The notes under the pieces are model-generated. The model was not told the origin of the DNA. It saw only the letters and a list, made by a program, of their open reading frames with translations, and did not search any database. From Utricularia gibba (lineage: Eukaryota > Plantae > Magnoliophyta), in contig NEEC01000020.1 in NCBI GenBank assembly GCA_002189035.1, forward strand, positions 558,001 to 622,000: a DNA stretch of 64,000 bases, read 5' to 3'. Positions 1 through 14,409 of the stretch are shown piece after piece (the first letter of the stretch is position 1; each line of letters starts with the position of its first letter). A program made the position numbers and the translations under genes.

Positions 1-492
1 ACGATAAAACCCTTTTTTTCGATGTTCCATTCTGGCTTGTTTATGATGTTTCTCAAGTGTCAAGTGGCATCTTTTTCTATGGGAAGGCAGGGGGTATTGA
101 ATTGAGGGTAACAGAGATCTGAATACCTTTTCAAGGGAAGCAGGGTTTTTTGTTTTCGCATCCTGGTCAGTCAGTGTTTATGATCGACCTAGTCTTTCAT
201 CTTGGGCTGGTGAAAGTTTTTTGGAAACATTGGCACTGATTGAGTAACTTTTTAGCAAAACTTGTCTTCATATGTTGATTTTATGCGATTATCTTTTATC
301 ATGGTATAATTTTTTCACAGCCCTGTTATCACTCCTTGCATTGAACATTTCTGATTTCAGGTTTGGGTGCCACACCTGTCGTGCTTGTATGCCATATTCT
401 CTGAGTTCAACGGTCTGTGGTTATTATATGTAATGCCCTGAAAGGAGAATCTTGTTTCTGCCATTGAGTAGGAAAGATCAGGAGGCTGAACA

Positions 493-2474
493 ATGGGAAA
501 CAGTGGGGAAGAAGGAAAGAATGCCAAGAAGAATGATAAAACACCTCCACCTCCTGCTGTGAGCATATCTCCTACTTGTTATGTTTTATGATCTATGAAT
601 ATTAGCTACTTGTCTTTGTGATCAAGATGACTTTGCTCTGCTGACTCTTTGTTTCAGACCGTGATGAATAACTGCCACGCTTATCCTGATTGGTCAACTG
701 TTCAGGTGATCATCTTGCTACTCTGCCTCTGAAAAACTAGAGATGTCTTTGTGAATCATGCTTCGATATTCCTATCACTTTTAGGCGTTTTATGGTCCGT
801 GCCTTGCAATGCCACCGTACTCAAACTCACCTGTAACCTCATCTCCTGCAACACCCCCTTATATGTGGGGTCCCTCACAGGTTTCGACGACATTTACGCA
901 CTGTGAAATTCATGTAAACTGTGATAATGTATCATTGCTTAATTTGACAACATGGATCCCTTGTTTTTTCAGTCTATGATCGCTCATTATGGAGCTCCTT
1001 ACACTGCATTCTATGCTCCATTTGCACACCCTGGAGTTCCAGTGGTAACTTCCTCCAAGACATCAGCATCTTGAAAAAGGAATGCATTTTCCTCAATAGC
1101 TTATCATACAATTGTGTGTTTGTTTGCAGGCTGGGGGTGCTGCTCCTACCATGGAATCACCAGCCAAGTCAGCTGGGAATTCAGGTGAAAGAGTTCTGAA
1201 GAAGCATAAAGAGATCGACGGCCTTGCGATTTCGATAGGAAATGGAAGTGTTGATGACAATGATCCTCCAACTGAGCATCAATCATCTGACAGGTTTATC
1301 TCCTTTAATCCTTGCTTGGGGTGGCTTCTGTGTAGCCACTTCCTCTTTGCTCTGCTGCTGATTCACACTCCGGCATCCACAGTGAAGCAACTGATGGTTC
1401 TAGCCATGGAAGCAATGGCGGTTTAGCCAGAGTAAGCGTCTCTTCTGTAGCATAATGTTCGTTTTCATAGAATTGTTGCATTACTGTACTTGCATTCTAC
1501 ACAGACCGCCAAAGGTCACAGGAAGAGGAGCCATCAAACTTCTCCCACTAAAGGTATGAAGCCATAGACTGTAAATTCTCCATTTCCATGGTTTCTTATT
1601 CTTCGAAACACCGATAGAACCGCCAGTTTGATCTTGTCCTATTTATGTTTCAGAGCATGCGAAAGCTCAGAAGGAAAATGTGTTTCCCTCTACTGAAGCC
1701 GGCCGAGCATTCGACGCGGTTCCTTCGAATGCAACTGGAGAAAAATCAGGGAATGTATCTACTCCTTTGGACTTCAAGAGTATGAAGCCAACTCCAGTTG
1801 ATGCTTTGCAGCCAAGTCCTTCTGAGACATGGCTACAGGTTTGTTCTTAAGTGATCTATCAGTTTGATTTCACAACTTCTGTGCCTGATGTTTGCATCAA
1901 ACTGTAGAATGAGCAAGAACTGAAGCGGGAGAGACGAAAGCAATCGAACCGAGAATCGGCACGCAGATCACGATTGCGGAAGCAGGTAATGGATCCCATT
2001 TTAGACATTCCTGCTCTGGCTTCCTCCACAGAATAACTCTTTTCGATCCAGGCTGAGGCCGAGGAACTAGCTGGCAAGGTCCAAGCCCTGCTCTCTGACA
2101 ACATGAGCATGAAGTCCGAGATAAAGAGGATGATGGAACAGTGCAAAAAGCTGAAGCATGAAAATGGGGTCCTAATGGTAGCATTTCACTTGAATGATGC
2201 AACTACTCTCTGCCTGCTAACGTAGTGGCCTCTGCAGGGGAAGCTCAACGACACCCAGCTTCGACGAATCGACGACGATCATCGGTTAAAGCCAGGGGAA
2301 CCAGCGATCACCCGGCTCAAAACTGACCCCCCTTTAGCCACCGTGAACCTTCTAGCAAGGGTGAACAACTCCGATGGAGGCGGAGGCGGTCACTCGGAGA
2401 ACGACGGCCGGGAGGTATACGAGAGCCGGAGCGCTCCGGTGAAGCTTCATCAGCTCCTGGATGCTGGCCACTGA
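493..2474 (+). CDS. GBF: G-box-binding factor bZIP (GBF3/CPRF1-like), multi-exon
   Basis: Exon 1 MGNSGEEGKNAKKNDKTPPPPA (493-558). Pro-rich MFMR-type exons (HAYPDWSTVQ, PPYMWGP, APFAHPGVP). Basic region NEQELKRERRKQSNRESARRSRLRKQ (1908-1985) is followed by leucine-zipper exon 2052-2178. Last exon ends KLHQLLDAGH*. GT-AG introns. Confidence 0.92.
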
Positions 2475-3079
2475 AAACAAGTAGCGCCATGACTGACATG
2501 GGATTGCACTTCAGTTATCATATTTGTAGTCCATGAGAGACTCTGCTGATTTTGGCGTAATGATAAGTCCAAAATTGCTGGTCATCCAAATCCAAATCCA
2601 AATTCACATTCAAATGTGGAAAAATTAGACTCAACCCTAAATTTTGAAAATTTCATATTTAATTCATATTAAACATTTTTTACTTCATATCAATTCACAA
2701 ACTTAAATGTTAATAAATTAATTTCTTATTATTATTAATATTATTATAAATGGTTACACATATTTAAATTTATTGAAATACGTTCTAAAATTCTTACAAT
2801 ATTGTTTCACTTCAAGTTAATAAATAGTTTAATCTCTAATTTTTTAAATTGTATTATAATTTTTTCAAATTGTTTTTTTGTAAACAATTTATTTCTAAAT
2901 TTATGAAATTATATATTTAAAACTTCATGTTATCAAAATTAATTGATTTGATCCTAGGTACATTATAACAATAATAAGATTTTTTTAATGAATAATAAGG
3001 TTTTTTTTCAAACTTGAATAATCTTATTAGGTTTCATCTGAGAAACTGGTTTATTCAGTGTAGATCACAAGCGCCGTGT

Positions 3080-4096
<1,017 letters not shown>

Positions 4097-7000
4097 TCAG
4101 TTTTGACGAATACTTTAATTAATAATTAATGTATTTGAATTATATAAATATTTGATTGATATTGATGAAATAAAAAGAATTTAATACTTATATATTATTT
4201 TTTTGATAATATTTAATTAGTATGATGAGAATTGGAATTAATTAATATTAAGTAAAGTAAGAAAGTATTATAGTTTTAAATAAAACCATGTATATAATAA
4301 TAAAAATAACTCGCGTAATCTCGTATTTATTTAAATCTATGAAGTAAACAATTTAGAGGTTTTTGATAGGTTGGTTTAACTGTTTAAATATTCATGTATT
4401 AATAATAACGTATATTTGATGTAATAGTTTAAATATATACGAATGATTTACAAAATTAATGTCAAATTAAATATTCCAAAACTCGACTTCTAGATGGGTT
4501 TTGTTAACAATTATTATTTATTTCAAACATATCTACCAAATATAATATTATTTTAAAACATTATTACTCAAAACTTATGTTTCAAACAAATTTTAATCTT
4601 AATCACATAATACTGTTTATTTAAATATAAATAAATCAAAAAAATTATTAATTATACTATCCTACTAAACACATCCTTATATATGTCTAATTAAACACAT
4701 CATATATTATCAAAATAGAAAATTTACTCAACGCATAGATATTTCACACGTGTTTAAAATGATATGATATTTATGAAACACGTTTAGAATAGATTTTTTT
4801 ATAATAATACTATAAAAAAACCCTAGACCTATTGGAGTGAAGGAACTCTTGGTTTAAAAAACATGTGAATATTCAATCTTTTTGATTTATAATTGACTAT
4901 AACGAGTATTATTTTTTATTTACAGTAAAATAAAATTATTATTATTGTTTACGGTAAAATAATAATATTATTATTATTTGGTTATTATTTATGTTGACGA
5001 AGCATTTTAGGGGAGATAGGATGGCGTCAGTCGTGTCCTAGGGACTCCGTCAAATAATTCTAAAAATAGGTTTTTCTTTGACTTCGTCAACTTATTTTTT
5101 TAAAAATGTATTTAAATAAATCTATTTGAATATAGTATATTATTGAAAGTATATTACTTTTTTGTTACAATCATGAAAATCAATTTTTTGTAAATATATA
5201 TCAATAAATACAACTTTATTCTTATTCCAAAAACAAGATAACTGAATACATGTCTTTTTTTCAAATTTTTAATAAAAGTAATTATTACGAAATTTTTATA
5301 AATATAATGTTATAAAATTTATTCAGTATTAATGACTGTTATGGGATAATAAAGATTCAAAGTCAATTTATCCAAGAGATAAAAACATCTGATATTGAAG
5401 AATTAGAAAGTTACTTTGTAATTATCATGCAGTTAACCTCTCGAGTTTGTTTAGCATGCATATTTTACATATATGTGTTTAAATTGATATTATGTTTGAT
5501 GCATGTATTTAAAATAATAAATAAATAATGAAAAATCATTTATTTAGGATAATTAAAAAAATTATTTACAAATCATGCATATATAAATACCCCTACCAAA
5601 TATGTTATTAATCAATTGAATTCATCTAAACATTAGAATGGTTTGTCGCATTTTCAACGTTTTCTAATTACTATTAACACCAGAATAGAGATCAAATAAC
5701 AACATAATTTCTTAGCAAATTAATTCTTCACCTACTTATTCCAGATTTGGATAATCTTTCATTCTCACTCTAACAATGTAAGTCTTTAAAATAATTAGAC
5801 CAAAAATTTCCATGCCACATTTATTGGGTTCCCCATTCTTCCACCAAATTAATATGAGCATCAGCCTCCAAGTTAGATATTAATTTATTGTTAACCCCTT
5901 AGAGAAGGAAAGTGCACAAAACTATTAAATCTTATTTACTAATGAATAGTATGCAACAATTTTACTTCATTTATTTTTTAAAAAATTGTAGGTATTCGAT
6001 AAAATTTAAGTTATATCTATTTAAAGTAAAAATTCGATAAATCAGAAAAATACATATATTGACTAAGTATATAAAAAATATACATCATATTAAAAGAGAT
6101 TATATTCGAATGATTACTAATGATATATAATATCTTAGTTCACTTTAATTTCTCAATATGAAATTATTTATTTTAATAATATCAATTCAAAAGTTAGGTA
6201 AATTGTTTGTATAATTTGTTTTTACGAAAGAAAACATAACTAAAACTAAAAATTTCATAAATATCTGAAAAAATATACTTTCACCACTGATTATATTAAT
6301 TTTGTATCAGTAAAATTACGATAAAATATGTGCTATTTACTAAGTATATCACAGTCGTTAATCATACAATAATTGACTAGTGTTTAATGGTTTTTACGAG
6401 ATTGATTTTTATGATGTGATCCAGTTAACATGTTAATCGGTTTTTATGCCTAAATCTCATAGTCGATAACTATCGATTATTCGGTTTCGAAATCCAAATG
6501 TATTCGATTTTTTTGGTATGTAGAAGAGGAGGAAATTTAATGGGCTTTTTCAGATAGCCATCGGCCCAATTGTGGACCGAGTCAACTCAAGTCCAAAGCT
6601 TTCAACATCGCTGCTTCTTGGAATTTTAATTCCGAAGACCGCGTCAAGTCGAGTCAAGTCTTTTTGTGGGAGTCTTTGTCAGGAAGTAAAAGAAAAAAAA
6701 TTATTTCTTTTTTTATTAATTTTACTATCATTTTGATATGCATTTCAATATTTTCGATAAAAATGAGAATTAATGATATAATCCACGCAACTGAGCTAAA
6801 TATCAAAATAATTTGCAAGTTATTTTTATTTTTTTAATGTAAAAATATTTTTTTTACAAAAATAGAAATAAAATTGCACCTAATTAATTCTATGTGTGAA
6901 AAGACAAAATTATCATTCCAATGAATTCATTTTTTTTATGTATAACATTTAATAAATATTTTCTAAAAATTTTGAAAAAAAATACAAAAAAAATATGTAA

Positions 7001-7213
7001 ATTAGTCTTATTTATACTTCTAATATTTTTTTATGTGAAATAAATTTTAATTATATAAAAAGTAGAAATTAGTATAAAAATAATAACGGAAAAACGCGAT
7101 ACGAAGGAAATGCTGCAGAAATTGCAAAACGCGTCGCTTAGAGCAAGCCGCCGGAGTTTCTCTATAAAGAGTCCTCACCGGCAAGCCTCTGTGCCGCAGA
7201 CACCGCTCGGAAA

Positions 7214-8650
<1,437 letters not shown>

Positions 8651-9589
8651 CACGTGGAGCTCGTAATAAAACTAATTTGAATTTTCGTGTATAAGAGATA
8701 TATTGTAAAACTGTTTTGTATAATAGTATATTATAAAATATGTATTAAAATTTTTAATATATTAAATTATTATAGAATTTTATTTTATGATATAAATATA
8801 ATTTTAGAATAAATAAAAAAATAGTATAGTTTTTTAAGTAACCTTTTATTTAACCAATAAAACAGAGATTTAAGAAATTTAATAATTTCTAAAATTAATA
8901 ATATAATCTAAATTTTTTTATTTTACTATAAAATGATAAAAAATTAAAAATTACGTCAGAAAATTATTGAAACAGATAAAGCCCTAACCTTGATAAACTA
9001 TTATTGAATAGATTTTTGCCATCTCTAAATACATTCAATCCAAAACATATTTGATGCAGATTGATATGTATATGTTATAATGTATATAAGATAATATATC
9101 AAATATTAATATTACATCTGAATAATATTCTGTATATTATATATCTTAGAGATTTATGAAAACTTCTTTATTTACAGAAGAGTCTTCTATGATTTGAAAC
9201 ATGATTGATAGATATTCACTAGGGTGTGCACATGGGGACATTACTAAGATACTATTGACGGTTTTTTGGAAAAAACATTGGAAGAAACTCTTTGAAATAT
9301 GAAAGTAAACTTTATCTTTCTATTCATACAAGATCTATGTGTAACATCATATTTAGTTATATGATGTTGTGTTGATGGTTTGTCATTTGTTACATTTATT
9401 CATTCAATAATAGTGAAATCAGTTTTTATTTTGTAGTTATAAAAGTGCTCATCTTTATTTTTCTATTTCTTTCGATCACAACCACCAACTATGGATGCAC
9501 GTAGATCATAGCATAATCCTTATTATCAAGCAGAAATGAACATTTAATTATATTTGATATAATTGATTTTTATTTTTATATATTATTTA

Positions 9590-9913
9590 ATTATAATAAT
9601 TTTTGTTACTTGGGGTTATAAAAGTGACTTAAAAATGGGTTAATTGATTTTTCGATTTATTTATAAATCTGAATTAATTTTTTTATAATAGATTGATGCT
9701 TTAAAATAATTCTTATTAAAATATTTAGAAGAATATAAATTATCTTTTAATCATAATCACATCATTTTTAGATTCTAATAATTAAATATATTTTTTATAT
9801 TTCTTTTATTTTATTTTAAACATTTTGAAAAACAAAAAAAACTATATTAGTATATTGAACAACAATAGCACAAATCTTCGAGTATAACATTTTTGACCTT
9901 GGCTAATCCCTAA
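9590..9913 (+). pseudogene. Ghost YSL locus: upstream flank joined directly to the last ~10 codons
   Basis: 9590-9880 matches 17040-17350, which is upstream of the intact YSL. It is followed directly by tataacatttttgaccttggctaatccctaa, matching the YSL CDS end tatgacatttttgccctcaactaattcctaa. Confidence 0.65.
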
Positions 9914-12075
9914 GGAAATCGAATCGATTAAACGATAATTAAATGTACTTACAAACTAATAATAGTTAATAAATATTACTCGAATATTCATATAATTTTC
10001 TATATATATATATATATATATTTGTTTATTATTAATATTTAGATTTGATTAAAATTACTCAATTAATATATAAATTAAATGATTAAATGTTTTATTAGAA
10101 AATATAAATACTTGTATTTTAGATGATCAAATGTGCATAATTGTGTTTTGATATATTTGTTATATTAAAGGGAATAAAGTATTTATAAAATCAATCGAAA
10201 GACTATTATTATAACTATTTCATTAAATACAAAATAAATGAAAGTAATCCAAAGGATCCGTGATGATATATCAAATGGGGGAATGAAAGTGTTTAAATAA
10301 AACTCTCATAATTTTATATGAGATATTTTTCTTAAACATCGTAAGTAGATCATATAATATCATATAAGACATGAGTAGATCTTTACATTTGATATCATAA
10401 TGGAATCTATGATTATCCTATTGGTGGGATGAGAGGGCAATCAATGAAGACGCTGAATATCTAATAAGAGTACAATGTAAGGATATAGGTCTAATAATGA
10501 AATTTCATATTAGTTACAGATGATAGAAGAGACGTGCTAAAATAAATAAATTTTTTTAATTTTGTATTAGATTTTTTTCTCAAAAGAGAATAATGTAAAA
10601 CCATAAATATTAGATGTCCGTAACGGACAATATCGTATAAAAGGAAGGTAGGTCGTGACATTTCGACACACCTATGCACCGGAAACATTGGAATCATCAA
10701 TTCCAACGAATTTCCAATTTCTAATATCTTTTATCTACATAATCGTAATAATTTATGATATGTTAAAATCACATTTCTCTGGAATAAACACTTCATAAGA
10801 TTACGTATTTAACAAATATACGAAACTCAATATCAAACTATGTCACATATAAATGCCCTTTAGGCGATTATTTACATAAACATGCACTATTAGTATTTCT
10901 CAAATCAAATCATCACTAATTGCAAAAGTTGAACACTTCTAGAAGGATCAATGTTTTATGAATTTAACCCTCCTCTTGTCCCCCGCCTGATCTCTTTATA
11001 CACCAAGTCCCAATTACATAACTTAGGAAGCCAATAAAAAGACCACCTAAAACAATAAAGAATGACAAAAATATTATATTGTCCATGATGACCAATCTGC
11101 AAAACAAATATAATAATTAATAAATAATTCAAATAATATTATCAAAAAATCAAAATATGAATAACATAGTTTGTCTATTGTAATGATTTTTTTATGCTAA
11201 TATTCGTATTTTGTTAATTATATTCAGTTATTTGATTAATTCAAATCCGAATTTCATATTTTTGCTAATATAAAATCTCAAATCAATTAAATACAAAATA
11301 CGATTGTGTTGAATATTCAATTTATATTTAAAAAAACTGATAAAATAAATTAAATCAATGATTTATATTTTAAAAATATGCAATAAATCGAACATTTGAA
11401 TAACTATAAGTCGAAAAATTGATTAAACTGATTATAATTTTTAGTATATTTTAAAAAACAAAATACAATAAAACATTAGTTACGTATTAACGGTGTCTTG
11501 AATGTTGAGTGACCCATTGCATTTGCATTGATAATATATTTATAGGGAAATAAATGAATTTTGTGAATTAAAATATAATTTTGATAATTTATTTTTAAGG
11601 GAAAATCATTATTATCTTGACAGAAAAGGTTTTTATTTTTCAAATAATATTTTTCTTTATTATTAACAACACAAGAAATGTGATATTGGATTATTTTGAT
11701 TTTGAAAATTTTTAAATTGATTTTGTTGTGTAAATTGAGAATCTATAATATGTAAAATTAAATTTGAAGAAAATGAATTGGATTCCACTTATATTATTTT
11801 TTAAAGCAATTGAATATTAAAAAAATTAGTTATAATTTTATTAAACTTATTTTGCTTTTAAAAATAAAAAATAAAAATCTATTTGAAAGATATTTTTCAA
11901 TTTAACATCAATAAATCTTATTTTAAAGACTACCAGAAATGAAAAATTATTCCTTCTATTATATAAACTATAATTATTTGATTATGGTGTTTGACTATTA
12001 AGAAATTATTTTAATAAAATATAAATTAGAGTTTACAATTTTAAGAAAAGTAAAAATGACTATATATTTATGTTA
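9900..12075. repeat. Repeat unit A of the micropeptide array
   Basis: Colinear with 14410-16620, 21141-23620 and 24480-26100. Anchors: ttagatgat.aaatg.gcata, atgaatttaaccct, gacccattgcatttgcattgat. Confidence 0.85.
10964..11086 (-). CDS. Micropeptide copy A, 40 aa, intact: MDNIIFLSFFIVLGGLFIGFLSYVIGTWCIKRSGGGQEEG
   Basis: ATG lies 10 nt after the acceptor ttttgcag. Intron 11097-11483 has a GTAACT donor. TATAAATA at 11537-11544. Hydrophobic stretch followed by C and KR. Confidence 0.7.
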   Translation of the reverse strand: MDNIIFLSFFIVLGGLFIGFLSYVIGTWCIKRSGGGQEEG

Positions 12076-12094
12076 GAAAAGAAAGAAGAGCAAT

Positions 12095-12262
12095 ATATTT
12101 ATGTTAGAAAAGAAAGAAGAGCAGGAGAGACGTTGAGGTTTGGAACAATCCCCGTTGTAAGATTCATCTTCATCACTATTTTGTTATCTGTTTGCTGCAC
12201 CTCTTAAACCTATCCCACTGCTTCCCTCTACATTTCCATTTGTGTGGTCATCTTCAGATACC
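12095..12262 (-). pseudogene. Inverted relic of YSL exon 1 with internal deletions
   Basis: The reverse strand reads gggtatctgaagATGACCACACAAATGG..AGAGGTGCAGCAA..ACAGATAACAA..AATAGTGATGAAG.TGAATCTTACAACGGGATTGTTCCAAACCTCAACGTCTCT, matching three separate pieces of 18250-18480. Confidence 0.85.
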
Positions 12263-12263
12263 C

Positions 12264-12375
12264 AGTTAGGGTCCAAATTGAAAATAATTTTTCTGTAGTA
12301 CCTAAATTGCAAATATCAGTAAGATCATCCCTGAATTCAAATTTGTCAAGAGTTCAGACCTCCACAAAATAATTA
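12264..12375 (-). repeat. Element X, terminal part (inverted relative to the chitinase intron copy)
   Basis: Matches the reverse complement of 8005-8100. Confidence 0.75.
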
Positions 12376-14045
12376 TATGTTCGACTAATATTTAATCAAT
12401 TATTAGTTTGTAATTATATTTAATCAGCGTTTAATCGATTTGATTTCTTTGTGGATTAGTCAAGGGAAAAATTACTACATTGTTTAATAAACAAAAATTT
12501 AGTATATTAAATTATAAAAATTGAAATATAAGATAATAATCTCTATTGATGGAATTATAGACATAGTATTTATTTTAAGTAATTTATTATAAAAATATTT
12601 TAAAATTAGTTAAAAAATAAATAAATTCTTCTCTAAAATAACATAAATATATAGTTATTTGTTATTTTTTCAAAATCACAAACTCTAATTTATATTTTAT
12701 TAAAATAATTTCTTAATAATCAAAGACCGTAATGAAATAAACTAATAGTTTTTATAAAGAACGAATATTTTTTTTATTTCTTTTATTCTTTAAAATAAGA
12801 TTTATTTATATTCAATTGAAAAATATCTCTCAAGTAGATTTTTATTTATTATAATATAATATTTTTTATTTTTTAAAAACAAAATAAATTTAACAAAATT
12901 TGAATAAATGTTTTTAATGTTCGATTGTGTTAACAAATTATGCAAGCGGAATCCAATTCACTTTCTTAGAATTCAATTTTTCAGATTATTGATTCTGAAT
13001 TTATACAATAAAATAAATTTAAAAATTTTTAAAATCAAAATCATCCACATATCACATTTCTTGTGTTTAATAATAAAGAAAAATATTATTTGAGAAATAA
13101 AATTTTTTCTATCAAAATAATAATGATTTTCCTTTGAAAATATATTAATAAAATTATATTTGTAATTCATAAAATTCATTTATTTCCCTATAAATATATC
13201 ATTAATACAAATGCTATGTATCACCGAACATCCAAGTCACCTTTGATAGGTAACTAATGATTTATTATCTTTTATTTTTAAAATATAATAAAAATTATAT
13301 TGCATTTAATTGATTTTTCCACATATAGTTATTAAAATGTTCAATTTTTAAAATATAAATTATCAATTCAGTCTATTTTATCATTTTTTAAGTATAAATC
13401 GAACATTCATTATAACTGTATTTTATATTAGTAAAAATATGAAATTCATATACTCAGTTAATCAATTAACTCAATATAACTAACAGAATACGGATATTAG
13501 AATCGAAAATCATTAAGCTACATAAATTATGTTATTCATATTTCGATTTTTTGATAACATTTTTGAATTATTTATTAATTATAATATTTGTTTTGCAAGT
13601 TGGATAGCATGTACATATTTTTTTATGTTCTTTTCTTATTGCCATCATAGGTGATGTAATTCGGGATTGTTGGAAAAAGATAGTGAACATGGGACAAGCG
13701 GAGGGTAAATTTCGTAAAATATCGATTTTTCTAGAAGTATTCTGTTTTTGTGATTGGTGATGATTTAATATGGGAAATACTACTCATACATGTTTATGTA
13801 AATAATTAGCTGAGAAACATTTATATATGAGATAGTTAGATGCTAAGGTTCATGTGTTTAATAAATATGTAATAATATAAGATTATAATCTTATGAAGTG
13901 GTTATTCTAGAGAAATGTGATGTTAATACATTATAAATTATTAAAATTATGTAGATGAAAGATGTTGAAAACTCACAATTCATTGGAATTGGTGATTCTA
14001 CCACATTCAACATACGGGTGCGGTGAAATGTCGCGATATACACTT
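12375..14045. repeat. Repeat unit B, inverted copy
   Basis: Its reverse complement is colinear with ~10640-12075 and ~21850-23475. Confidence 0.85.
13609..13760 (+). pseudogene. Micropeptide copy B, frameshifted with stop codon lost
   Basis: TATAAATA at 13189-13196 and donor AG|GTAACT at 13250 are retained. The ATG frame ends MYIFFYVLFLLPS* because of a deletion. The homologous frame reads FLIAIIGDVIRDCWKK..GQAEGKFRKISIFLEVFCFCDW*. Confidence 0.65.
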
Positions 14046-14054
14046 GTATTGCAT

Positions 14055-14310
14055 TCAGACCCCTAATAATTATTAAATTTGTTAATCCATTTATTTTTGG
14101 ATTGTATTTTCAGTCTCCAATAAAAAATATCAAAAAAATTGTATCCAAGATATTTAGAAATTTAGGATAGATAAAAGATAAGAGTAACTATAAAATCAAT
14201 AAAATTACATGTTTAAAATAAATAATATCATGAGTATACAAGATATTTCATTTTTATATTCGTTTTTATTTAAAAAATAAATTTATATTTTATACAATAA
14301 CATTTAAAAT
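14055..14310 (-). repeat. Element X, inner part
   Basis: Matches the reverse complement of 7790-8030. Confidence 0.75.
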
Positions 14311-14409
14311 ATCTATTTTTTAACGAATAGATAAATCAATTGGATGAATAGATTCATTTGAAATCATTGCAAAAATGTCCAGATGATGCATTCGAGTTGA
14401 AAGCAAAGG

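Noticed and set aside
2440-2560. Short GBF C-terminus (LDAGH*) as a truncation
   Set aside because: Only a few non-domain residues differ, and it cannot be told apart from natural variation or a 1-nt error.
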